Of a stretch of DNA of 64,000 bases, positions 26,862 to 40,755 are shown piece by piece (positions within the stretch are counted from its first letter, which is position 1; each line of letters begins with the position of its first letter). The translations under genes and the position numbers were made by a program. Source of the stretch: Octopus sinensis (lineage: Eukaryota); contig NC_043008.1 in NCBI RefSeq assembly GCF_006345805.1, forward strand, positions 2,294,001-2,358,000. Direction: 5' to 3'. The notes under the pieces were generated by a model. The model worked only from the letters and a program-made list of their open reading frames with translations, was not told the origin of the DNA and made no database searches.

Positions 26862-28506
26862 AAAAACATCTATTTATCTGTCTACTTAACAATCTCTTCA
26901 AAAGTCTATTTGCAAGTCAACCACAAAATTGTTAATCAATTAATTCGTTTCGCATTTCGAGCTTTTCTTGCTTTATTCTTTCTACTCTCTCCCTCAGGCT
27001 ATCCATACATCCACTTCTCTCTCTTCGCTTCGTTTTTCTTTCTCTCTCTCCTTTATTCACTTACCCAGTCTTTCTCTCCACTTTTCGTTATTTTCGTCTG
27101 ATTTCTTTTTCTTCATCTGTCCCTCTTTTCTTTGTCCTGTATTTCAGCTTTTACTTTACTTAGCAAATGAAAATCACTGCGTTGAAGTCTACACACTTCT
27201 CATTCCTACTGTCCGGTCTCTCTCCTAACCCCACACTTGAGCAAATGCAAACTGCCCCTTGAAGCTATAAGTTTCTCTCGCATACTATCACACTAATACA
27301 GTTCTCTAAAGTTACAATTCCAGATGACAAAAGCATTTGTGACGATGCTCCATCATATAAAAAGTTCATGATTTCGACCGAAATACCACGACTAGTTAAA
27401 GATTATTTTGTCGCATATGACCTTTACTTGTAACTTACTTTCTTGACATAGTAAATGTGGACGATTGAGAATATATCGAACAGAATTCTATCAATAACTC
27501 TAGCTGATAAATCATGTACAGATGAACAATAAGACCATTCCAGTCGCAGAATCCTTATTCCTGGACGTAGATGTGTCAATATTTCTATTCACATTAAGAA
27601 TATCTACTCGCATGGGTGTCTGCATTTGAGAGAAGGATTGCGGTCATTTAATGATACCAGGACAGTATAAACAGTAATATATCGTTTCATTTTTCTGTGA
27701 AAATAGTACAATTAAAAAATTTCATTATAAACAGAGCACTGTTAAATTAGCGGTGCAAATAATACGTTACGAATACTAACGCATAAATAGTTCCTTTACA
27801 GAATCTCTGTATAATTAGTGCAATGTAAACAGTTTGAATGGTTGCTATTCATTATAAACAGCACAGATAGGTCCTCATTATGCAACACATTTTTAAATAA
27901 ATATTCAGTGTTGTTATGTGGACACTTTATTCATTTTAAATACAAAAAATGCTAGATATTTAGAGTAATCGTAACATGCGTAGTTGGTCACTGTAACTTG
28001 TGTAGATTGAATAAGGCAGAAACGTAGCAGCATTCAAAACATGAGAAAGTAGACAATAGAATGAGAGTTTATCAGTATAATCTGTGTATTAAACATCCAT
28101 CACCGTATATTATAAAATGTGCAGTGATGGGGGGTCAAGGAAGCAGTAGAGAGATGGCTAGTGTCTATATTAAGACGTCAGATTCTAGATATACGCAGAT
28201 TTATATTTCAATGGTAAATATATATGGCGCCTATGTTTATGGTGAACATTTCTTACTTGATATAACCAATGTTAACAGGGATTGATGCCATCGATAAAAT
28301 AAATTCTACCCCCGAATTCCATCCGTGTTCAAAGGTTCAAAGGAATGATATCGGGGGTATTTGCCTTTTTTAAAGATTGCCGTCTGTGGTTTCCAAGAGA
28401 ATGCAAAGATGAAGGAGATTCCTCATTCATTCTTGATGACGAAGGTGTTACCGACTCTCCTCTCTGATTTGAAAGAATGTATACTATTACTATGTTTATA
28501 TATATA

Positions 28507-28735
28507 TTTCTTTATTGCCCAAAGGGGCTAAACACAGAGGGGACAAACAAGGACAGACAAAGGGATTAAGTCGATTACATCGACCCCGGTGCGCAACAGG
28601 TACTTTATTTATCGACCCCGAAAGGATGAAAGGCAAAGTCGACCTCGGCGGAATTTGAACTCACAACGTAACGACAGACGAAATGCGGCTACGCATTTCG
28701 CCTGGCGTGCTAACGTTTCTGCCAGCTCGCCGCCT
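28507..28735 (-). mobile_element. SINE family A, monomeric with intact head
   Basis: Reverse complement begins aggcggcgagctggcagaaacgttagcacgccaggcgaaatgcg, matching 13257. Confidence 0.9.
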
Positions 28736-28795
28736 ATGTTTATATATATTCATCCATATACGTATACCTATATCTGTGTATGTGAATGTGTGTGT

Positions 28796-28843
<48 letters not shown>

Positions 28844-29885
28844 CGTGCGTGCGCACACGCATGTATTCATATTCATATATATATATAACAAGTTAGAAAG
28901 AATTTCTCTGCAACCTGGGGCACAAAAATCTATGTAGTTCGAGGAAGTCGCTTTGGGTCTGTTAATGTGAGGTTTCTTGTTGAAGAAGAAGCTAAGAAAA
29001 GAAGCAACTCCAAAAAGCGATGAGCTTTATGAGCACGTGAAAGCAGTTTGGAAAGACTAGCAGGAATGGATTGTCCTGAAGGACAGAAGAAAAATAATAA
29101 AAGAAAAATATGAGGCGTGACGTTAGATTAAAACGAAAAGACGAGAGGGAGAATTTATATGAACCGACACAGAAACAATCTCACCGTCAGACACCAAATA
29201 ACAAAACCACACAAACACTAAAATACACCATCCACTTTAGAAATACCGAAACAAACAACACATATCAATCCACACCAAAAGCTTGAAAAAGTCTCAGACC
29301 ACAAATGAATATTTTCAATTTCCTTCCATCTATTTAGATTAGGTATTACGAAAGCCTGGTGTTGCCATAGAAGCAGTATCTAGTACTTAGTATGTTCAGA
29401 TCATTAGATACAAACGCGAGAACAATCAGAAGAAGCAGTAATTGTAATCAAGCCGAATACACATTTACAGTAAGTACTAAATTTACTCATCATCATGTCG
29501 ATAGGGAATGTAAGGAAAACCACGGCATAATAAACTGTAGAAAAGTATTAATATTAATGTACTATGCATGACATTACATCTAATGTAATTGCCTTAAAAT
29601 CACAAGCAAAAAAAAACAATATGCAATGACATGATCATCACATGACCGTGCCTGACACAAAGATAATTAAATAGGTAGGATTTGTTAAAACGATATGACG
29701 ATAGTTCATCCGCTAGAATGTACCTCGTTTGTAAATTGAAACCATTGAAAAGATTAAATATTAGGTCGCGCAAATAATTATTAAAAAGAAAACTATACTT
29801 AATGACCATTCCGAAATATAACAATATAATTAATGCATAATAAACTATTCGGTGTAATTCTCTTCAGAAATCTTACAACTTAAAT

Positions 29886-29955
<70 letters not shown>

Positions 29956-29980
29956 GTGTGTGTGTATGTATGTATATATT

Positions 29981-30023
<43 letters not shown>

Positions 30024-30038
30024 GTGTGTGTGTATGTA

Positions 30039-30109
<71 letters not shown>

Positions 30110-30319
30110 TAAACATATACATACATATATATACACGCACACATATATATATATATGTTCATATATTATATTTTACCTGCTTCAGTCACCCGATTACGTT
30201 GATGCTCCAGCAAGATCTTGAAGGGTTTTAGTGGTTTTAGTGGAACACATCACCACCACCCGACACACACTACCACCACCACTACCATGACTTGATTTTT
30301 AAAGCAAGGTAATTATTCT

Positions 30320-30400
30320 ATCATCTATTTTGCCGAAATGCTAAGTTATATAGATTTAAACACACCAAAATCTGCTGTCATGCGGGGATGGGTTACGCAT
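30320..30400 (-). mobile_element. SINE family C 3' fragment
   Basis: ttttgccgaaatgctaagttat...taaacacacca is the reverse complement of the motif seen at 37700 (ggtgtttacgtcccagtaac...ttcggc). Confidence 0.55.
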
Positions 30401-30754
30401 ACATAAATATATACAATAATATACATATTTTCATGTGCGCACATACGCACACACACACACATACATACACACAGTGAAAGAGAGCTGTAGTGAGAAGTTT
30501 GACTAAAGCCACCAGTTGTTTAATCACAATACTAATAACGCCATGCATGCGGCTTCTATACTTTTAATACCAATAAACCCCGCCTGGAATGTCTTTCTGC
30601 TCTAGAGAAAAATGGAAATATATATATATATATATATAAATTTTAAAATAGGATTAAATCTTCACAAGAAATTATCAAGTAGTTAGCGTGAAAAAACCTC
30701 GTAAGAGAAAAAATCTGTAAATTTTTTTCAACTTGAAAATATTTAATTTATATT

Positions 30755-30901
30755 ATATAGAGGGCTCTATTACACATTGATTCTTTTTTTAAATGACTCG
30801 CTTCGAAGATTGCATTCGGCACACTTTGTTTATTTTGGTAGTTTTGGCTTTAAAAGTCCCTCCTAGCGTGCGACATCTATGTGTAATAGTGCCCTCTATA
30901 T
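30755..30901. mobile_element. MITE with 23-bp inverted ends
   Basis: atatagagggctctattacacat ... atgtgtaatagtgccctctatat (1 mismatch), in a TA/TATA context. Confidence 0.8.
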
Positions 30902-30928
30902 AATAGTGCTCTCTATATATATATATAT

Positions 30929-30964
<36 letters not shown>

Positions 30965-30969
30965 TATAT

Positions 30970-31034
<65 letters not shown>

Positions 31035-32146
31035 ATATATGTATATAAGCGTATATGAATATATACATGTCGAAGTGAATCGTGTGTGTATAATATATAG
31101 AAGTATCTGTCCATGTATATGTAGCTACTTTTCTCACAATTACTTACGTAATTTATTTTCAGTGTTAGAAACGTGTTACATAATTTCCCCGCGTGTGTGT
31201 GTGGTTGTTTGTGTTTTTTGTTCTATTTTCACGTATGTATTTGTGTGTGCATGTGCGCTTGTATGTATGTGTGTGTGTGTGATTGTGTATGTGTATATGT
31301 TCGTGTATATGCGTTTGCGTGTTTGTTTCTCTAAGTGTGTGTATATATCATTACGTGATATATTGAAGAGCATTGTTCGATTTCTGAATTCAGAAATTGC
31401 TTTACGAACGGGTTGTTCTGTTTTTATTTGGAGGAGATATTACCGATAAATATTTACTTGTTTTCTACTTTTCTCTTTAATCTTCTCTCGAATTCTTCAT
31501 CATTTCTTTCGTTAGTCTTTTGATGTGTCGTCTCGTCTGGTTTGTATGACAATGGTTTGTTGTGTATGACATTGACACACAGCTGGAATTTGTCTTGGTC
31601 CTTTAATGATCCTATCAATATCCTCGGGTTACTCAATAATAAATAACGCACCTGACATTTCCTTTCCATTAAAGAAAAGACAAAATAAACAGCTGGATAT
31701 ATTTTCTTGTTTTAGCAAATAATTTAATTTTCTCACAAATTACGAGAGTTTTTGTTCTATAGCCACAATGTCTAGCGAAATAACATGATAGTGAGATGAG
31801 AATAGTTCGCCGCTGGGTGCTCTTTCAAAACGCCATAATTACAAGCTATTACTCTTTTCAAATATACCGTCGTCAAAATATAATGATAACTTTGATGAAG
31901 TCAATGGATAAATCTCTCACATTCATGATATATTTCGTTATCTAAGGATACATAATTTTTTTTTTATTTATAAATTGAACACACACTAATTACAGCACAC
32001 CAGCATTTTACATGTTCAGCTTATTTCGCATATATTTCTTCTGTATATATATATGATAATTGTGTATGTATACGTATGTGTATATATGTATTTAAATACA
32101 TGTATATATTTATATATGCATGCATATGTGTATATACATACATATA

Positions 32147-32190
<44 letters not shown>

Positions 32191-32624
32191 TAGATAGATA
32201 TATAGATAGATAGATAGATAGATAGATAAATAAATAGATAAATAGATAGATAAATAGATAGATGGATATATATATATAGATATATAGTTAGATAAATAGA
32301 TAAATAGATAGATAGATAGAGACATGGATACCTATATGCATATATATGTATGTTTGAGTGCATACAAGCATATATATGTATGTATACACGTGTATAATTA
32401 TAGTGATGATATTTCCAGTGCTTCGACGATTGAGCGTTTCTTTTCAGCTTATAGGTAAATATTTTTTTCTGCGCTCTTAATTATAATGGTATTTCTGATT
32501 TGACCGTAACAGCTATATTCTCATTTGCTTGCCCTTCATAAAATGTTTAGCAATTCTGTCTCTCTCTGTATGTGATTATATATCTTTTCAATTTATTTAC
32601 GGTAGAGAAGCAAGTAAAACTCAT

Positions 32625-32765
32625 ATTGATGCATTACCTCTGGATATCCTTGTTGCTTATTTTGATTTTAATCCCCTTACTTTGAAATTGTATGGATTAT
32701 ACCGTACTAAATCCCGGAGCCTCAACATAAGTACCCTATTCCTCGGAATCTAATTTTTTGCTGAA
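32625..32765. repeat. Interspersed repeat fragment shared with 54930-55070
   Basis: gcattac.tctggatatccttgttgcttattttgat...aaattgtatgga...aatctaattttt is present at both loci. Confidence 0.75.
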
Positions 32766-32779
32766 CATATCTACCATAC

Positions 32780-32934
<155 letters not shown>

Positions 32935-33699
32935 TATATATATATATATACACCATACACACACAAATCTATATATGTATGTGTATATGTCTATATATAT
33001 ATATATATAGAATGCTATAGCCACCTAAAATTTATCGGAGAGCCTGGTGATGGTTCTGCTGGCCTAAACTTCGAAGTCGCTCTCAATGATATTCTTGATT
33101 AAGCAGAATATTTTAGTACTCAACTAATTCTATTGAGCAATCCTTCAGTTTAATGTAATATTGTTTTTATTCTAAAATAGAATACAGATTAATATGCATA
33201 TATACTTACACACACACACACACACACATACATACACACACACAGTTATATATATATAATTATATAATATGCATACATATATATCCCCCCACCTATATAT
33301 ATATATATACATGTGTATGTATGCACGTGTGTGTGTATGAATGCATGTAACGATGTATGTGTCTATGTGTCTATGCATATACATATGGATATCAGCAGTG
33401 TGTAAGTTTATTTTGACGAATAAATCTTTGCAAACAAATGCACTCTTCCATACTGCAAATTTGGTACGTCTCCAACAGTTTTAAACCATGCCACTGCGTT
33501 ATTAATAAATTTGCCATTACAGAACCGAACGCTATCCATGAGAGATTGTGAGCGTTAGTTTGTGAACTATTGTCATTAGTTGAGAAAATATATAAGTATT
33601 TTCAAGCATGAAATCACGCAATAAACTATTTCTGTCTACCATTAGAATCACCACTGACAGTTACGATTCATACTTTATAATGCATAAAATAAATCAACG

Positions 33700-34118
33700 T
33701 AAGTGTATAACTGGCTTTAGCGTGGAATAGTATCGTGTAGAGAATGTTGTGTTGTAGCCTGTTCGATAACCAACGAAAGCGCGTGTCGGGAACCTTCGAT
33801 ATGGTCACGTTACTTACAGTGTTTAATATTTGTTGAAGTAAAGAATCCCTTCGGTCATGAATGACCCTGGGATTGCTCCAAGAAAAAGTACTTTCCGAGG
33901 CACAAATCCGGGTTAGGTTATTTATGGAAGACCAACAGTTGCCCACGCATGAGGATGTTATTCGAGGGAAAGGCAAACATCGAAACAGCTTGGCTCCAGT
34001 GATGACGCAAGTGGAAGAGCGTGAAATGTCTTGCTCAATAGCACAACGCACAGCCAGGTCCTGGAACCGAACTTAACACTTCATGATTGTGAGCCCGACG
34101 CTCTAACAACTGAGACAT
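33700..34118 (-). mobile_element. tRNA-headed SINE family D
   Basis: Reverse complement starts tgtctcagttgttagagcgtcgggctcacaatcatgaagtgttaagttcggttccaggacctggctg...ttgagcaagaca; related to 48070-48435. Confidence 0.75.
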
Positions 34119-34721
34119 TATACAATAACAAGTAATTTGTGCTTTACACTACAGTTTATACAACCATATATTCTTGTAGAATTACACACAGAGACATTGA
34201 AATATATATCTGTTGAAGGAAAACAGGAAAATGTGATAAAGGATGAAGAATTTGTGGAATTAACAACAAAGATGTCACCCACGTCATACGCTATTTTCCA
34301 AAACTATCGTCGCAGTATTGTCTACCGATGAGATATGATGTTGACCTAAGACACTATAATGAAACCTGTGGAAAGGATAAGCCTGAAGCAAAAGAAACAA
34401 GAACCTGCAGTGAGTTAGCCTCATAAAATACGAAGGAATACTGTCGTAATGTCTCTATAAAAAAACTCAATAAAATGTAAACACAGTAGACCTGACATAA
34501 TGATTTAAGTTAGAGAAGAGACTTAGTGTACAGTTGTGAATATTCGCTAACCAGCGGCTGCAAATATAGAGCTAGAGATCAGTAAAAAAGAAAATACGTA
34601 CGCTTAACTAGTCAGAAATCTAAAGCTACTCTACTGAGATAGAAAGAAATTGACGTAGCTGGTATTTGAAATCTGTATCAAAACAAATAATATACGTGTC
34701 TCAAGTTCTTAGAAAAGAATA

Positions 34722-35706
34722 CACCTTTGCTGGAAGATGGTATTGGTGATGAGGAGCTGATGCTCGGTGCAGAACTCAAGCAAGAAGCGCCCGTTGTCGT
34801 TGCAGTTTTTCCGATGACTCCTTGCCACATTCTCGACCCACGGCCCACACTGGCATTGAATTCTCCTACGATTATGACATTATCATCGACAGATTTTCCC
34901 TCGAGTAGTCTGCACAGTCTGAGTAGAACTTGTACTTGTCTGCTAGGACTCTTTCGAGGATCGGGTAGTAAATGCTGAAGCTAGTGGCATGCTGCTTGTC
35001 TTTAAAAAGAGGGCGCATGAAGCTGAACCGGTCGCCATGAACTGCTGGTAGGGTTTCCAGTCTGGAGGCGATGACGTTTTTTACCATGAAACCGACACCT
35101 GAAAGGTGTCTTTCTGATGGGTTTTTTGCCTGACTAATATAGGGTGTATCAGATACAATATTCTTTCAGAGTGCTCTACTTAGGGAGCCGGACTTCATTA
35201 AGGGCTGCGATTTCAATATCTAGCCTGGATAGTTCGTGACCATCGAGAGCGCATCATCGTCCGGGAAGAGCTCTGTTTCTCGAGTCAAGAATGGTTTGTG
35301 GAGTTGTGGTCGGGGTTGTGGATGTGGACAGGTTCCTCGGTCAACGTGTTGGTGTTTTAAGATGAAGTACTGTCTCCACAGAACAGGCCTCGCCCTTTAC
35401 ACTCGGGCTTTATCTTATCTGACTTAGCAAGCTAGAACGATGATAGAGAGGTTTTCGTGTAGCAGGTTTTATAAAGGTGTCTCCTTGAGAGGTTGCCCAC
35501 CTCGGCTAATGAGACCCATTTGCCCGGAGAGACCTGGTTATACTGCGCCAAACACACGGATTTGTCCTCACCTGTTGGATTATATCCGGGTTGTACCACG
35601 AGGAGGTCAGATTAGGACTTGGGGTTTGCATCATTCTGTGGAAGATTTAGCCCAATATGGTGCTCGCCCAAACCAGCAAACGCTATGAGGACCCCCTATA
35701 CCACCC
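34722..35706 (-). mobile_element. RTE-clade (BovB-like) LINE: intact 5' UTR + decayed APE endonuclease, 3'-truncated
   Basis: ELSRLDIEIAALNEVRL, SGKKPSERHLSGVGFMVKN, DKFYSD, IIVGEFNASVG, WQGVIGK and EFCTEHQLLITNTIFQQ are RTE APE motifs; stops and frameshifts present. Confidence 0.9.
35564..35706 (-). ncRNA. HDV-like self-cleaving ribozyme at the RTE 5' terminus
   Basis: P1 gggtggt/acaaccc (6 of 7 pairs); P2 gtcctaatctg/caggtgaggac (10 of 11); P3 acc/ggt; L3 UCCUCGU; GG for P1.1; short P4; J4/2 uCcAA with candidate catalytic C at 35578. Confidence 0.8.
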
Positions 35707-35708
35707 TC

Positions 35709-35726
35709 TACTACCACTACTACTAT

Positions 35727-35808
<82 letters not shown>
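35709..35808. repeat. (TAC)n/(GTA)n microsatellite
   Basis: Directly visible; abuts the RTE 5' end. Confidence 0.97.
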
Positions 35809-35809
<1 letters not shown>

Positions 35810-36369
35810 GACTTCTCATTAGATAAACATAATGGAATGTTGCAGAAATATTGGTTATCTTGAAGTTCAGAGTTTTCCCTTTACATTACGTTTATCATTG
35901 CAGTTTGTGCTAGTAGTGGTGGTGTTGGTAATGATGTTCTTAGTGTTGGTGTTGCTTATGGAGATGCAGGTGTGGTCTTTGTTTTTGCTTTTTATGTTTC
36001 ATTATACTCATAATATTACTAAAATCTATATCATTGTTGTTGCTGCTGATGTAGTTGATTCACTTTATAATACAAGCTTTCAAATTTATTTCTAATTTCA
36101 GTTTACAGCATGGATATACAAGGAAAAAAAACCAAATGAGAAAGACATCAGGAGAATCGAAAACCAAAAAAAGAAACGAAAAATATTTCATATTTGCTTG
36201 TTTATTTGCCACATACGGTTTCAGCTCGTGTCTCAGTCATATACATATGTTTGAAAGTAAGCAATATCCGGTGCACTGAGCTCAAAGAAGTCATGGAAGT
36301 AAGAAAAAATTAATAACAAATTTAAAATACTAATTCACAAGAACGATCTTTCATGCATAAAAACGAACA

Positions 36370-37347
<978 letters not shown>

Positions 37348-37699
37348 CGTGTTGGGATTTGTTCTGCAAGCTTTTTTTCACGTCACTTCATGTGTTGAAC
37401 CTAATTTCGTTGTGTGTGGGGAGAGTCATTCTCTTTTTTTGTTCCTTATTATTTAACACACACAATATATCATCTCTGCAATATATGTCGCTCTGTACAT
37501 CTTAAACTATAAACCACGTTCGTAGATTTACAATGTATTTGTAGATTTATTCTACGAACAATATACTTATTACCCGTAAGCGTGGATCATGGTTTTTATG
37601 GAGGTCCGTTGTCTTTCGACAACTTTAATCTGTAGAATCATGTTATCTAATATTTTCCCTAAAGGCATTGACGGACATGACACTATAGTATTTATTAGT

Positions 37700-37826
37700 T
37701 TTTGGTGTTTACGTCCCAGTAACCTTTCGTTTCGGCCACAGATAGGAAATAATAAGTGGCAGGCTTTAAAAGTAAGTTCTGGGGCCGATTCATCCGATAT
37801 GAATTGTTGAAGGACGTGCCTAATCT
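37700..37826 (+). mobile_element. SINE family C 3' fragment
   Basis: ggtgtttacgtcccagtaac...aataagt...aagttctggggccgattc resembles 61620-61700. Confidence 0.6.
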
Positions 37827-37843
37827 TGACTTATGATGGAAAC

Positions 37844-37889
<46 letters not shown>

Positions 37890-38502
37890 GATGGGGCGTA
37901 AACATGCAGCGGTAACAAACCAGCAAGCATAGACACGAATAGTCACACAAACACACGCGCACGCAACTCACACAAAAACTTTATATAGAAATATGCATGC
38001 AACTTTATTTGTATGTCTCTTTATGTTTATAGAGTCGAAGATATATAAAACTTTCGCTATATGCATAAATATTTGCATACAATCATACGTACCTAATGCT
38101 TGAATGTAAATTATAAATGCTGTACAGAAAAATAAAAGCAAATTCTTAATAACTCATTCGGAATATATTTCTAAGTGAATTATATTTACTTTATTATTTC
38201 GTAATTTTATATATACATCGGTAAACGCACGTGAACACCTGCGTAATTATCCAACACTACTCACCCACACAACTTACAATCCTGTGACATGTAGCTATAA
38301 GAAAAATATACTCACATACACATGTGCGCAATATATATATATATAATATATATATATATATGTATATAGTATATATATGTATATATGTATATGTACATAT
38401 ATATATATATATGTATACACACACACACAACACACACATATATATATTACATATATACATATATATACATATATATATGTACATATATATATATATACAC
38501 AT

Positions 38503-38561
<59 letters not shown>

Positions 38562-39659
38562 TATAATATATATATATATATATGCACACGCTCACACATA
38601 GATATACAGTGTGCCCCTAAAATGTTTTTACATATCTGATGTTTATTAAGCCCGTGATAATTTAGCTGTATCTCATTTTCAAACTGTAATAGTTTATACA
38701 AAGAGAATGTAACATTATTATCGTCTAATTTCGAAGTGATGAGCATTGTTGTGCAACAACTAGTCTTAATACAAGCAATGAAATCCTAAACATCACAGTA
38801 TACATTGTAAATTGTTTTTCTCACTCTTCTGTTTAACGGCTGCCCTTGGTTTGTCTTCTGTCGCCGCTTTATAGCTGTAAAAATGTCTGTTGGAATTACT
38901 CCTGGGAATTATGTCTTCTAATGTGCGTTCCGTTGAAACCGGTTTGTCTTCCATCGAACGTCTTCTTCCACTCCAAATTTTCTCTTGTTGTTCTTAAAAC
39001 GCCTTTAATGTACGCGTTTAGATTATTATGACTTTGTATTAAGGTACACCTTTTCGCTGGAAATAAATTGGGCATATTCAAATTCTACATCAATTCTTGT
39101 CATGGTAGATTATGACAGACACTTCAAGTGATAGAGACAAATATCTCTATTGCTTAAATAGAATGGTCAATTTAACCCACTGTGTTCTAAGTCGTACTGT
39201 TCTGCAAATCTTGTTAAATTAATACGATATTTCGCTGGAATATGCAGTTTCTCGGGTCACAATTTGTATCAAATAAATCGGTTATTTGAAAATTTTCATA
39301 TGGCCACAGCTCGTGAGCTGAAACTAGAATCAATCAATCAATCATATATCCTTATCTGTCGCAAAACTACATTTCTCCGGTAATGCATTCAAGAATGGGC
39401 TTAAATTGAAACACTCGTATATACACATACATACATACTTACATACGTACATCCATGCATACATACATACACATATATACACACACGCACACATACATAC
39501 ATATATATATAATATATATATATCAGAAAAGTGCCGCCTGAGTAGGCAAAGTAAGAAGTGGCTACTTTAAAGAATATAGATCGATATTAACGTTATTCCT
39601 TTTATGGAAAAATATGCACTTAAGACTATGAAGGTTACTCTCGATTATTATGCAAATAT

Positions 39660-39696
<37 letters not shown>

Positions 39697-40604
39697 TATA
39701 TATATATATATATTGTATACCAGGCACGCATAATTCACCCCTGCTTTTCAATCTCAGTATCTAAGCAAAGCATAGTATTGATGTAGTACACGTGCTGCGT
39801 ACACTCCTACAACACCGTTATCTTTACGTGCTATAAAGTTAGAAGTAAATCTGCATTGAACTCAGTGGCGCGCCTGCTTTGCTTAATTTTTGAGTGTTTT
39901 ACTACAAAAGCGTCACCAATTGCCTGATGAAGTATATTCGCACGCAAGAAAGCATATAGGAGAATTTATTTTGGAGATTGAAAATGCACCCGTATCTCGG
40001 TACGTGTAGTCGTTTTAAATTCTGTGATACATTTTATTCAACTACGACAATTTTTATCTTATCAATGGTAGAAATAAATGAAGGGCTTAATAGAGGTTAA
40101 AGTTACAATTAAGAGTCGGAAAACATGTTTTAACGAGCAAATGCTCAAATATTCGTAGACATTTCAATGAGTTTTACAGGGACAAATAATAAGATACGCG
40201 TAAGGATTCGCTGGAAATCAAAAGAAATATACGATATTGAAAGTTAAGTGATAATGAAATTCCGGTGCCATTTCAAACTCCAACATAAATTCTGGTATAC
40301 GAGGCAGCATATATATAGATAGACATATATTTAAGCCTACATGCATCTTCACATATTCACATCCATAAATTCCGACGTATGTATGTGTATATATATTCAT
40401 ACGCATGACCGTGTCCACGAATATGTTTATAGTTGTTGCTTTGTTCGTTTGTGAATATAGTGGATAGATCAGCAACTGTCTTTTCGTGTATCTTTTATAT
40501 ATTTTATTGTTTTATTTCTGCATGTTTGATTTGCCTCGTTTCGGATATGAAACATATTTTTTTCTTTAGAAATCGTCTGTCTAAATAAATAAATTTCAAA
40601 TAAA

Positions 40605-40659
40605 GTATATTATATATATATATATATATTATATATATATATATATATATTATAATATA

Positions 40660-40736
<77 letters not shown>

Positions 40737-40755
40737 TATATAATATATATATATA
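40605..40755. repeat. (AT)n microsatellite
   Basis: Directly visible. Confidence 0.97.

Noticed and set aside
27440-27570. Minus-strand open frame ending at GTAAGT (GIRILRLEWSYC...YYVKK)
   Set aside because: Ambiguous acceptor, no homology, and its phase links to no other candidate; within chance expectation.
38605-38640. TA-cagtgtgcccctaaaatg, like a Tc1 terminal repeat
   Set aside because: No matching second end and no convincing transposase frame found.
38925-38950. gaaaccggttt palindrome
   Set aside because: No hammerhead core upstream.
39920-39960. cctgatga...gaaa
   Set aside because: The intervening sequence forms no stem II.
40605-40755. Recurring aa/tt phase shifts within (AT)n tracts that look like a higher-order pattern
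   Set aside because: No consistent period; slippage or sequencing error explains them.
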